Source: Asterionella formosa (lineage: Eukaryota). From it: DNA of 39,721 nucleotides. The notes beneath the pieces are model-generated. The model saw only the letters and a list, made by a program, of their open reading frames with translations. It was not told the origin of the DNA and made no database searches. Position numbers and translations under genes: made by a program. The stretch lies in contig NKIB01014885.1 of the NCBI GenBank assembly GCA_002256025.1, forward strand, positions 1-39,721, written 5' to 3'. Shown here in pieces: positions 22,392-34,630 of the stretch (positions are counted from its first letter, which is position 1; every line of letters begins with the position of its first letter).

Positions 22392-23128
22392 CCAGTTAAA
22401 AACTGTAAGCCACCGCTAAATGGAGTAAATGCAAGGTTTGAGCTTAGTTTTCAAGAAACGTTAACTATTGTGACGAAGGAGTTGTTCAGATTTGCATAGC
22501 GAGTAAAAACATACGACTTCGTATTGTTGCTTTGTGTAAGTTGTTAAATACTTATTACGGCCCAAAGGTTGCTGTCGACGCGAAATTACGAAAGATGAAT
22601 ATTTTCACGTTTAATCTGCTCATGAGCTGGCATCGCCTTTTATATATGTATACCGGTATATGCACAAGAATAATAATGTTCTTCGGATAGAATTAATTTA
22701 GTATAATTAATTGGGGGTAGTACGAGATCATCATGCTTTCGAATACGCTATGCGTCAGAAGCATTTGGTGATGATGCAAGTGCAAAAAGCACATTGTATC
22801 GCGCCTAACAGGTAAACTGATACGAAAAGAATTTCTGTAGTATAAACGGAGTAAAAGTAATCACGGTTTGGGGGGGGGGGAATATACTCATGTATGGATA
22901 GAAAATATGCACTGTAGGCCACCGCTATGCAACAATCTTAGTGACTTTGAAAAAATTAGATCTTCATGGCTTTATAAACTGAATCGTAACTGATTACTTA
23001 TTCGTTGAGTAGAGTGCATCGTTTAATATACTCTTCTTACTTACATCAGATTTCGATTGATAAATTACTTAAATATTTTTTAGTCGGAACATGGAGTAAA
23101 ATAACGGTGGCTTACAGTTTTTAACTGA
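22392..23128. mobile_element. MITE family B, copy 1 (about 740 bp, TIR about 27 bp, TA-flanked)
   Basis: TA|ccagttaaaaactgtaagccaccgcta ... taacggtggcttacagtttttaactga|TA. Confidence 0.85.
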
Positions 23129-23130
23129 TA

Positions 23131-23885
23131 CCACTTTAAGACTGTAAGCCACCGCTACAACGACTTTTGAACTGTAAGCCACCGCTAAACGGAGTAAACG
23201 CACGATTTGAACTTAGTTTTTAAGAAACGTTAATTATCGTCATGAAGGAGTTGTTCAGATTTATATAGCGATAAAATACGTAGTAAGTACTTGTATTGTT
23301 GGATTGTGTAAGTTGTTAACTATTTATTACGGCCCAAAGGTTGCTGTTGACGCGAAATAGCGAAAAATTGAAAATTTCACGCTGACTCTATTGAGTTGAC
23401 ATCGTCTTTTCTACACGTGCACATGTACATGGACAAAAATATTCTTCCCATAGAATTAATTTAGTATTATTAAATGTGTGTACAATGTCATTGTGCTTTC
23501 GAATATATTGTGCATCAGAAGAATTCGGTGATGATGCAAGCGCAAAAAGCATACTGCATTGCGCCAAAAAGGTAAAGTAATACGAAAATAATTTCTTTAG
23601 TATGAACGGAGTAAAGATAATCACGGTTTGGGGGGGGGGGAACTCATGAGTGGATAGAAAAATATGCACTGCAAGTCACCGCTATGCAACAACTTTAATG
23701 ACTTTGAAAAAATTAGATCTTCATGGCTTTATAAACTGAATCGAAACTGATTACTTATTCGTAGAATTGAGTTCATCGTGTAACATACACTTAGTACTTG
23801 CATCAGGTCTCGATTGTAATCTTACTTGAATATTTTTTGGTCGGAAGATGGAGTAAAATAACGGTGGCTTACCGTTTTTAACTGG
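23131..23885. mobile_element. MITE family B, copy 2, head-to-tail with copy 1
   Basis: Left end has a doubled actgtaagccaccgcta; interior is collinear with copy 1 (ttacggcccaaaggttgctg, atcacggtttgggggggggggaa, tttgaaaaaattagatcttcatggctttataaactgaatcg); ends cggtggcttaccgtttttaactgg|TA. Confidence 0.85.
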
Positions 23886-23887
23886 TA

Positions 23888-25368
23888 CCACCTAAAAACT
23901 GAGAGTCATCCTTATTTTACCCTAAGTTACTATTCAAATTATTTTAGTCCGATTACATGGTAATATTGAAGCAAGTACGAAGGTTATTGTGGCTCGTCCT
24001 CCTGTTGGGTACTACTAGATCTAAATATAACTATGGTGAACTCAATATTTCTTGAGATAAAAAATTTTGTAATGTCATCGTTTTGCCTCATAAGGATGAG
24101 TCTCAGTATATTGGTTTTTAATAAATACATGAGGAAATTTAAATCTTCCATTTTTCCCCAATTACCCATTTTTGCCAGAAAAACTTTTTGATGCCACAAC
24201 ATTATTAGTCCGTTTCAGATTACTATCCTTTATTTATTGTCTCTTTCGACGTTTTCTTTCCATAATAATAGTCGGTTTCGAAGATACTCCACTATTAACA
24301 TTTGGTTTCGGGTCAAATGCAACTTAAGTTAATTACTTTAGTGACGGTTTCGGTAATATTTAATTACGTCTATCGCGTGACAGCCTAACACTTGTTGCTT
24401 GACAATCCTCATACATAAAATATGTAGACCATGCAATAACTGCTGGCGATGAAGCTGTGTACCAGGGTACCTTGTACTGGTACTAGTACCGGGTAATCGT
24501 CATGACAATGTTGCTGATCGACAAAGCCATGACAATGATGAATGACAATTTTGTTTAATTATTGAATTATGAATCAATGATAGTTTTTGAATGTTATCTC
24601 GAGTAGATTATGTTATATCGTAGAACAGCGCATCTGTTCGAAAGTGTCGCGTCTTGATGCGACAAAGAGGGATCGAGAAATCATCGACAGTGTCGAGCGC
24701 CATTGTGAGTTTTCCGATTTTCCATATTCGACTTTATCTAAACGAATATACAAGCTACAATGAAATTCGTTTCAAAATATACTAGCGAATAATCTATTCT
24801 ACTCAGTGGACTAATAATAACATAGCTTCATGCTAGAAAATCAACAATTTTCACTTGTTTTAATGGTTGTAATCATAGTGCCGGCAAAATATCTAATTAT
24901 ACACCGGTGAGATTCTGCCGTCAGTGCGTAGATGCCGGTAAACTGATCACTGCCTTTGATCAATGTGTGGTGAACAGGACGGAGCAACAGCACTCCATGT
25001 GACATTGATAATCAATTGAAGTCAATAAATATAGAAACAAAAGACACTAAATAATTAACAAAGAATCAATAAAAAATTTATTTAGCTGAAATGTGATCTA
25101 ATTGTCAAAAATGCCTTGCCAACTCAACAGGGTAATCTGATTTGATCCAAATTTTTGCGACAGCTACCTTTCGACCTATTTATCTCAAGAAAGGAAGCGA
25201 AAACTCAACTTACAAGTATGACCATTGCTCTTCCATACATTCCAATGAACAACTTTGTCTAAAACAGAATCAATGTATCTCCAATATTCGTCCCAAAACG
25301 TGTGATTACCCTGTTTAAGGATGACTCTCAGTAAAAAAAGAATAACGATGACTCTCAGTTTTACGTGG
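23888..25368. mobile_element. Non-autonomous element family C (about 1.48 kb, TA-flanked, TIR about 22 bp)
   Basis: TA|ccacctaaaaactgagagtcatc ... gatgactctcagttttacgtgg|TA. Subterminal copies gatgactctcagt (25320) and gatgagtctcagt (about 24096). Internal TACC array at 24459-24495. Followed directly by ccaggtaccaggta. Confidence 0.78.
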
Positions 25369-26132
25369 TACCAGGTACCAGGTAGTGTCAGAGCAGCCAT
25401 CATGTTAAAATTTTGATTGAATGATTTCATCAGAAGTTCCAATGATAATAAAACAGCTAAAAAGTTATTCCAATGGTTCACGGCAGTATATACGTTTTTC
25501 TAGATAAATGTATATACATTTTCGAGGATGTATTCCTAGGTCAGCATGTGTCAAAGCACTTTTCATGCATGTTATTGCACACCTTATGAAAAACTGGTAT
25601 TTAATCCCTACCTGGTGTTATACCAGTAACCATACTATATGATGCTGCATGCCTAAATAATTTGCCATATCCGTAGAGGTTAATACCAGGACAAGATATA
25701 TATTGTCACAAATGAGGGAGGGTAAGGTTCAAAAAAATTACGAAAATTTGACATTCATCATCATATATCATCATATGACGTGGAGACTTCTAAGCTTAAA
25801 CTAGTCCGTGTTCTCCATGGTGTTTTGGTAAATCGATCATTTCAGGCAATCTATTGAGATGAACAGCTTGCTCCAAATCTCGAACTACATAGCTGACTAG
25901 ACTACATACTCTCAAAATTTACATTTACATAAGTTTGATATCAAAATATGATATTCTGGGTTCAATGAGTCAGAGCAGTACAAGAATATTGTCAATGGGT
26001 CATGGCAGTTTGTTACAGGTATCAGGATCTCAGAATAGCATGGGACATCCTGGTGTGCAAATAGCATAGCAAGTAGAGGACTGTTGACAAGATCTTAATG
26101 AAAAATAAACTGCTTTGTTGTGGAACTGGGTA

Positions 26133-26310
26133 CTCCCTCTGTTCCGGTATAGTTGTACTAACACCCTCAGCGACTAACCCGGCTCGATCCACATCGTTCA
26201 AAGAAGCCCTCGCTCTGTAGAAGCAACATACATTTTCTACGCGAGAGAGGATGCAGGCTACGGATATCGGATTGATTTGTAGATTTAGGCGAGTATAACG
26301 CTAATTAGTG
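26133..26310. mobile_element. Truncated Stowaway-like MITE (left part of the 7044-7322 family)
   Basis: ta|ctccctctgttccggtatagttg...cgactaacc..gatccacatc..ttcaaagaagccctc..gatgcaggcta..tttaggcgagta, all shared with 7044-7220. Confidence 0.78.
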
Positions 26311-27179
26311 AAAAATGTGTACCTTTTTATTAGGGCTATTGAATTTACTTGAAATTCGTTAGCCAGCATAGTTGTTTGGCTCTACATGGATTGGAATACA
26401 ATGTATCTGGTCATAATGTTGTGCCAGGCAGTATCATTGGTTTTCTTCAAGTCAGCGTTGTTGTCAATGAAATGCCAGACAATGAAGAAGAAGCTATTTT
26501 GCGGTTGTTTTGATGGGGGATAGTGGACACGGCACAAGGGAGGATGGAAAGACTTGTTGTTGTGTTCGTCTGCAAATAAAAACCATCATATTCCTATGAT
26601 GCATCATAGGATCATGATCATCTGATCATAATTTTTCGTTGTATCATCTAATAATTTTGATAAATGCCCTCGTAATTTAAATAGTAACCCTTTTGACTAT
26701 GGAAATTTAATTATTATATGTATTGTTTCTTTTTGGTTCCTTTATTCAAATTTTTTGGTAGGATAAAGTACCAGTTAGAGTAATGTGGTTTGGCTCATCA
26801 TCCTCGCCAGTCCTCACTCTGATTCTTGCAACAACGACAAAGTAGCCATGTCGAGAGGAACAAGTGTTTGTGAAAAAATCTTCATTTGCCGCTCAAGTCA
26901 TAATTGTCTTCGATGAATCATCGTCTACAGTGCATAGTGTGTTCGTGTGCAATCCGTTAAGAGCTTGAAAAGAAATCCGATGAAAACGAAATGGCTCATC
27001 ACACAAGACAAATATTTCCGACCAGTCTGTCACCAGAGCATCAATCAGTGTTACAACCTCAATCATAGCTAAACGGCATCCATTATAGAACAGCACAATC
27101 TACTTCTCCATAACATCGTCTCTCTAACGAGAACATAATACATGTAGAATGGAAATGCAGCATAGCAGATGATATGCAC

Positions 27180-28330
27180 AAAGAAGCAAGAGACTGTCTA
27201 TGTACAGTAACAAAGTGATTCTGGTTTCGTAATTTTCATGTCTCATTAGATTTCATTTGTCATCGGCCGCACTAGTTCCTTACCTTTGAAGACAGGAGCG
27301 TATTCTTTGATGTATCTGGAATGGTTCAATGGATGGCAGCAGTTGGATTTAGACACAAACCTCGACAAAAGCACGACTTTGTAGATGTTCATGAAAAGGG
27401 AGACACTTTGGCCTATGCCCACCAGCCAGTCTATACTGCAAAAATGCAAGAAGCACAAGTTGAAAGACCATTTATGGATTCAAGTTTCAGTAGTGCAACA
27501 ATGTAAAATATTAGAAACCGGAAGTCACATTTTATCTAATTACGGTTTTCAATTTTACTATTATTGATTGAGAGGAAGCAATGGGCGGGGGAAAACACAG
27601 AGAATCCTACTAATTTTTGTCCCCAATGATACCAGTCCCTTCTTGAATGTCACATGCTACAGAAAATGGAGGACAGCCGCCATGATCTGTTGATTGTTGC
27701 TGTATGGTGCCAGTGAGGACCAAAACCTCCAGAAATCTCAATGAGTTGCTTGTTTCTTGACTTGAATGCCCAAGGGATCGAAACCAGTGGAAAAAGCAAA
27801 AGGGAACTAAAAATTATCTGAAACCATCAGGACAACCGTGAAAGAGAAACGAAGGTTGGTGGGGGAAGTAAAGGATTATTGCTGGTCTTGCGAGAACAAG
27901 GATGGATTGACCCAAACAATGTTGACAAATAGATACTTACCGGAAATTCGGCGCGCATCATCAACCTATATACAAGCCTGCGCCACCTGATGTCAATATA
28001 GCTACCTCGACTTCATCAATGAAGAAGTCGATGGGTGGAACATGTGAGAAAAATTGGGGTTGATGTCGTTTTCCTTGACGCCAACGTGCTTGGCTGAACT
28101 TGCAGATGAAGGCATTGAGTAACCTGGGCCTGTGCTGCCAAAGGATAAAGAAAAATCTATGACAATGGCAGGGTACTGAGATAGTGTTTAGGAGCAAAAG
28201 GTATCATAGCTGAACGCATTCGAAAATTTGTATAGACAATATCTGGTAGCATACCATGGCTGCTCTTGACTGACAGTTGCCAAATCAAAGTCAATGCACA
28301 AATACAACAAGGGTGCACAAGAGATGGTCC
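27180..28330 (+). pseudogene. Decayed IS630-Tc1-mariner-type transposase
   Basis: Fragments WMAAVGFRHKPRQKHDFVDVHEK (27.3 kb), KGLLLVLREQGWIDP (27.87 kb) and LTPTCLAELADEGIE*..WAC (28.07 kb) resemble the KGLxxVLxERG and PKxHxELxxIExxW motifs. Many stops. Possible left end ta|ccagtta at 26769. Confidence 0.6.
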
Positions 28331-29679
28331 CATTTTAATCGACCGGATGATACATAGTTCTGCAATGGGATGAACTTTGAGAAAGAATACATTTTTTGCA
28401 TAAAAGTGTCGGAAAATGCATAAACCGATAGTCAAGGGAGTCGGTGATCATTTCCGCAATACGAACCTTTATTCGCGTAAAGAACAAGCAGGGTACTGTT
28501 GAATGGGTGAAAGAATGTCTATAGTAAACTTTCAAATGACCTCATCAAGATTCCATAGAAATATGGACCACGACAATTAGTGCTTACATGAGACTCACTA
28601 GAAAATTCACGCAGAGGATTTTCTTGCATCTTGAAATGTTGTACCCTCTCCAAGAATGCTGTCACTCAAGCTTCTCATCTATTTCAACAAAACATAGAAA
28701 AACCTTATCTAGTCAAAGTTATCAAGCTAATCACCGCGGACTCAATACTGTCTCGTTTGTGGTCATATCTTCAAAGCTGAGCAAATGACGGTCAGAAACA
28801 ACTTCCAGCGCCGATTTCAACTTTTTGTTGTCAATACTAGTGCAAAAAAATTAAAAAATTAAACGATAATCTCGCCTATGTTAGTCTACATACACCTGCG
28901 AAATAGGAATTGCTCATTGTCAATATTCGTGAAGATAATCAACTCCATAATTTCGTCATGGTCAAGATGGAGTTGCTGTCTCATCGACCCCATACCACAG
29001 GCAGCTGTACAAACACACATGCAAGTACTGGTAGTACATACCCAGTATTGTGTATGCATGCCAAGCATATATAATATACATCACTATATACATGTGTTGT
29101 CCCAGCAGTTGGAATTCACATGTAACCCTGTAGGTCTGCTGTCATGCATTACTACTTGGCAGTAATAGTCCACATCATACATCATATTGGCATTATATTT
29201 GGAATTGCTGTATGTATCCATGAATTACTTTTTGTCAAAAGTCGCTCCACAAATAACGAAATGTCTAATTCTTCCAACTCATCTCATAATTCCTCCTCTG
29301 AGGAGGAGGATGATAGCATCTTGCAGCGTTCAGGAGATAGTCCGTCAGATGAAAGGCAGTGCTTCCTCTTCTGGGAAGAAAGTGGTAGATCCTATTAACT
29401 TTTCCATCCTGCCATTGTCACCTGCAGGCGACCCTCCAGCACGCACTGACAATTTTCCTGTTCCCCATGGCGACACTCCTTGGTGCTAGGAGCCGGACTC
29501 ACCAGACTTTATCATACAGACAATGACTGATTACACTTTGCTTAGCTTGTCACAAGGCTGTCAAGAAGATTTGGCCAAATACCGAATTTGCATTTGGAAT
29601 GTGATCTTATCATGCCTGGATTGCATGAATAATTGAAAATAGAGGAAAGTTCAAGAAATACGACAAAAACAAGAAGAGA

Positions 29680-30657
29680 ATGGGTGAAGACTTCGAGGCG
29701 TATAAAAGAAGTCGCTGGATACTACAGCTAGCTCCAATCCTCCGCGATTTGGGACCCATTCACACCAGAATTGAATTGAACAGTTCCAATCTACTTCGTG
29801 GTGGTTTGCCTGCACTCAACAACAATTCAGAGGGCATCAACAGTGGTGATAAATCATTCTTTGCTCACGAGGATTGTTCCAAAGGGGATCTATCATTTTG
29901 CTCCACTTTACACTCATCGGTACACTCGATCAATTTCTACAAGTCGATTTATAAGCTTCTTGAGAAAAGCCAAAATGGAGAAGCTACATTTCTCACAATG
30001 ACATTTGATTTCAAATGTGACGCAATCAGAATTGGAGAGGGTTCACTGTTGATTGCGACATCGTCATTTGTGGACCTAAATATTATGTCCTCTATGCAAA
30101 CAATGCAGTCCCAGAATACTGCAACTGCATTGTAACAGCACAGTCAACTATCCCAATATCGAAAGAGATATCTTTATATCGGAAACACAGAATCAGTTAC
30201 TGCACTAACTGTTATGCAATCATTGATAAAGAAGAACAAAATGCATGATGAGTACAAGCGCCTTCTCCGAAATCCTGAACAGTATTCTGCTAACCACAAA
30301 TTTGATGATGTCCTTTCGCTCACCTGCAGGTTTCACCTTATTGAACCTATTGTGTCCAAGAGTGAAAACGGTGATGATGTTACTCTACCTAATTTTTAAG
30401 GAATTTTGGGAGCGTGTGGATTGGGACCCATTACGATTAATAGCTTGAAAGAAATGGGAAATGAAGATCTCATATCTTGCCATTGTCACACATATTTAGC
30501 AAAGGCGTGGTGTAAACATGCATGTGCTTTTGCATTTGACCGTGGAATTATTTCAACCTTTCCAAAGACAATGCATCCAAAGCCTAGTATTAAGAATAAA
30601 GGTTCTGGACGAATCAAAAATGCGAAACGTGGAGGTAACTTAGATATTAATGGATGA
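29680..30657 (+). pseudogene. Decayed MULE/Mutator-type transposase C-terminal half with SWIM zinc finger
   Basis: PALNNNSEGIN resembles the MULE TNNxxExxN motif; SCHCHTYLAKAWCKH fits SWIM CxC-x(n)-CxH; basic tail GRIKNAKRG. Broken into three or more ORFs. Confidence 0.65.
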
Positions 30658-31007
30658 CTAGCTATATTTAGAAAAGAACTAGTAGTGATTATAATAGTTG
30701 TCAATGCTAGATAGGAATCTCATTAGTTTTCCTATGTCTAACGAGCTCTTCCAGGGCAGACTTAATCGACGCAAATATGAATCTTTGCGCTTTATGGTGT
30801 TCATGGCTTATCACTCCATAAGCAATCATTTTCGTTTGTTGAGCCAAGTTGGTTGCAATCACTGGAAAAACGCCGTTTCCTTTCTTGTGTCAGTTTGTAA
30901 GATGCATCAGAAGATTGGATTGCTCCAGAATTGCTGTCTGTAAGCATTCAGCAACAAATTCTTGGTTGTTAGTACAGCTACCAAAGATTCTTCGTCTGGT
31001 CGACAGT

Positions 31008-31810
31008 CTATGCCAAGTAGGTACATCGAATGTTTTGTGAAATCAAAGATAGTTTCCTTCTTATACGATTAAAGGATAGCAACGATACCTCCCCAGTTAT
31101 TGCCTTGACCATTTTTTTGCGTAAGCGAGTGAGTTGTCGTTTTATGCACTTTTTCAATTTTTCATCAACAGGAATTCCTTTTGCCCTGGCCTCAGCAATG
31201 TAACGTGCTGGTTTCATGTTCAATTTATTTGGGGAAGTAATTAACACAGACTGATAGTATTTGTGAATACGTTTTCTTATGCCATCCTTGACAATATTAT
31301 GTTTTGTGTGTTTTGAATCACCAATCTCAACTGTGGTAAAATTTGTTTTGGTATTGAATATTTTCCGAATTAGTAGCTACAAATTGACATTGGCAGGAAT
31401 GAAAAAATGTGCATCTTTTCTTTGTAACTCTAATGCCATCAGCTCTAAAGTACTATGGAAAATCTTTTGCTAACCACATGAGACTCCCGCCACCTCCAAA
31501 ATTCCGTTGTCCCAAATCGCAAAGGATACCTTCAAAATCCCCAGTCTTGACATCAGTAGGAAAATAATCATTCACGCACACCTGGACTTTAGTTTCATTT
31601 GGTGGATTGACGAGAACACCGTCATCGAGTGCTAAACGAACCTCGCTTTCCAAGATCCCAGGCTCTTCTGTGACACTACCCATTCCACCTTCGATTTCTT
31701 CGATATCATACCAGCTGTTGAAGTCATCCTTGTTACCCTCTTCAGGCTGTTTTTCGATACCAGAACTGTCAGTACTATCACTGTCGCTATGCATGACTGT
31801 GACTGTCATT
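31008..31810 (-). pseudogene. Decayed ORF, possibly an N-terminal part of a MULE-type transposase or a companion gene
   Basis: Acidic N-terminal ORF (31453-31809), then KIFNTKTNFTTVEIGDSKHTKHNIV...KPARYIAEARAKG...KRQLTRLRKK, with stops and frameshifts. Family assignment tentative. Confidence 0.35.
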
Positions 31811-32389
31811 TTCGTCAGCCACTTCTTCGTTTTTGTCTGAGATATCTTCCATCCCAGTGGTTTTCAAACCACCGGGTCAGGATGTAAACAAGTTTTGTCT
31901 CAACATGGAGGAGGGTCTATAATTTAAGTTAATACATAGTTTTCTCCTCTATATCAACACTAACATTCCTTGCTTGGCGGTGTATCTATGTGGGTACCGG
32001 TACATCGCTAGTAAATAAATTTATTACGGTAACACATCTGCTCTTTTTCGCTATTGTTTGATGTCGCTGCATGTGTAGAAAGTGCTCTGTAGTATTTCCA
32101 CGTACTTTTAAGTACCCATGACGATCAATTTCAACGTGGGTACCGGTATCGAAGCCCATAACAGAACATCCTTTGTGCTGTTCGAAGATAAGTACAGCCA
32201 TGGCAGCTGATGGAGTGACCTTGTACGAAAACGAACGTCATAGACCGGTGTCGTTATTCAAATCGAAATACCGAATTCAATTGATGTTGTCGGCGCCAGG
32301 CTATTGTAGAGGCTGTCACGGTCAATGCTGAACTGACTACAGTTGCTTTCGATTATAATTCTTTTGGTCTTGATAGCGCCGAGGCCATC

Positions 32390-32860
32390 AACACAGGTCT
32401 TCAAGGTCGATACTGTTGTGACTACACTTGATCTCAATGGCAATTCAATTGGTGATGATGATGCAAAGGCCATTACCCCATCGAGGTCAATTTCAACACA
32501 GGCCTTCAAGGTCGATACTGTCATGACTATACTTGATCTCAATGCCAATGCAATAGGTGATGATGATGCTAAGGCCATTACGCACCCCATCGAGGTCAAT
32601 ATCAACACAGGCCTTCAAGGTCGATACTGTCATGACTACATGACTAGATCTCAATGCCAATTCAATTGGTGATGAGGATGCAAAGGCCATTGCCCCCTCA
32701 TGGTCAATACTGGATTGAATAACTTGAATTTACTTCTGAGGCAATTAAATTCACGTCAATGCCAATTCAATTGGTGTTGATGACGCCAATTGAATTGGAG
32801 ATGCTCTCAAGAAGGTCAATCCTGTCTTGACATCTTAACAATGCTTTCTCTCAATTGTAA
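32390..32860 (+). pseudogene. Degenerate RNI-like/NLRC3-type leucine-rich repeat array (3 near-identical units of about 105-109 bp plus decayed units)
   Basis: Units start at 32390, 32495 and 32604 (aacacagg.cttcaaggtcgatactgt) and encode KVDTVVTTLDLNGNSIGDDDAKAI. Frame is lost in unit 3; no start context. Confidence 0.75.
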
Positions 32861-34630
32861 TGCAACTGGTATTGATTAACTAATTGAACAGCTTACTATT
32901 AAGTAAGGACTATTAGATATAAATTTACCATCCTTTTCCATAAGAATCGAGCAAAAATGGTGGGCCACATGAATTTCTCGAATGTATATGGTCAATATGG
33001 CTGTCTATATTCATAAATATATGATTTAAACCATTTGAAATTTTGGTGATGACTTCCTTTTGTTAAGGTGCTAAATTAATTCAGCCACTGACATGTAGGT
33101 ACAAGAATTGACACAAAACCAATTGAGAAAATTCAACAGGTTGTGGAAGACTATGAACTCATAATGCATTGTATATATTTGAATTATGTATAATCAAAAC
33201 TGATGAAAGTATACACAGGATGTGCCAGATAATGAGCGTGTTTAAAACTATGCAAATGTTCAACTATTTATACATTCCAACTTACAAATCTTTATATATA
33301 TGTATACATGGCTGAAACATTTAAAATCATGTTTTTATGTTCCTTGTCATGCATACACTTTGCTCCTGAAAACCATTCTTAGCTAAATATAGTTCTAAAT
33401 TTCGATCAATTTCATCCTATTTTAGACAGTGATATCGATGAGAATTACGATCATGCTAAGATAGATGTATGACAAAAGTATACACATCATATGACCATGT
33501 TTGAGTAATTATATGATGAAATGGTATTATAACTATGATAGTCTCATCATACTTCAAGCTCGGTAAAATTTTACTGCATGATCATAATTATATGATACAT
33601 TGATCATATTTTTGATCGAAAAACTATCATATATTTGAAAATCCTGTGCCACTTAGCGTATGATACCGTTGATCATATTTTCATGATATTTTTTATTTAC
33701 AGACGGCCTGCTTCCATCGTCTGTTTTGATCGCTTCCATTGTTGTTTGTTGTTCCTCACTGTAGTTTAGATTCGAGTGTAAGTATCTACACAAGGGCATA
33801 GCTATGGGTGTATCAATGACTACTCTTTGAAGATGTGGTATTTGGCTGTTGTTGATCTTATTTATTGATTTGTATAGTCATTGACCATGCATGATATCAA
33901 TAGTGCCGCCAAGCAATGATGCTTTTCTTGTACTAACGCGCTTGGCTACCTTTCTACTACAAGTTCGTATCACAAGCTATGTATCAATTTTCAGCCAGAG
34001 GGAGTCGATAGTGCTGGAGCAGTCTGGTGAACACGCTCGCTCAGAATGGAATGATCAGGGTTGATTGGTTGTGGGGGGAGGAATGCCTGGTGCGGTGGAA
34101 AGACTGCTACTGGTGTCAGGCTACTACAGCGATGTGAATGGTTGCAGCAACCAGACCATCTACGCTACATAACGATATAGGTCTAAATGGGGTCAGCTTT
34201 TTTCTTCTTATTTTGGTCTTTGATTGAGTGGTGATGGAAAGTCAATGTTGCCTGTGTAAGTACTACAATGTCACAATGCATACGTCTCCATTGAAACTCC
34301 TATTTTTTACTTCATTTCTAACCCAAAACAATTTTTTTATTTCTCATTTGATGATGTTGCATGTTGCAATCATTCTCGTGTGTTTTACGCTTGTTGTACC
34401 CTTTCTATGTATTTTACTGTCATTCTGGCTGTCATGGTAAAATCGGCAATTTTGATGCCGAAAAATTCGATGTGCTCCATATTGCCCCTAAATAAAAATT
34501 ACTTAACAATTACTTAGAGCCTAAAAATTACTTGGAAGTACATACCCGAATGGCACGACGCTAGCTGGAACCGGGAGTTTTGCCTTCAGCGACGCAGATT
34601 TCCATTTTGCATTTATGTGCTGTACGGCTA

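Noticed and set aside
22376..23901. One element with 43-bp TIRs
   Set aside because: The outer 14 bp are better explained as termini of neighbours A and C, since C's left end pairs with a right end at 25347-25368. Not fully excluded.
33440..33700. ATCATAT/GATCATA-rich low-complexity tract (similar at 25755 and 26585-26660)
   Set aside because: No defined unit or paired terminus; possibly subterminal transposon repeats but not demonstrable by eye.
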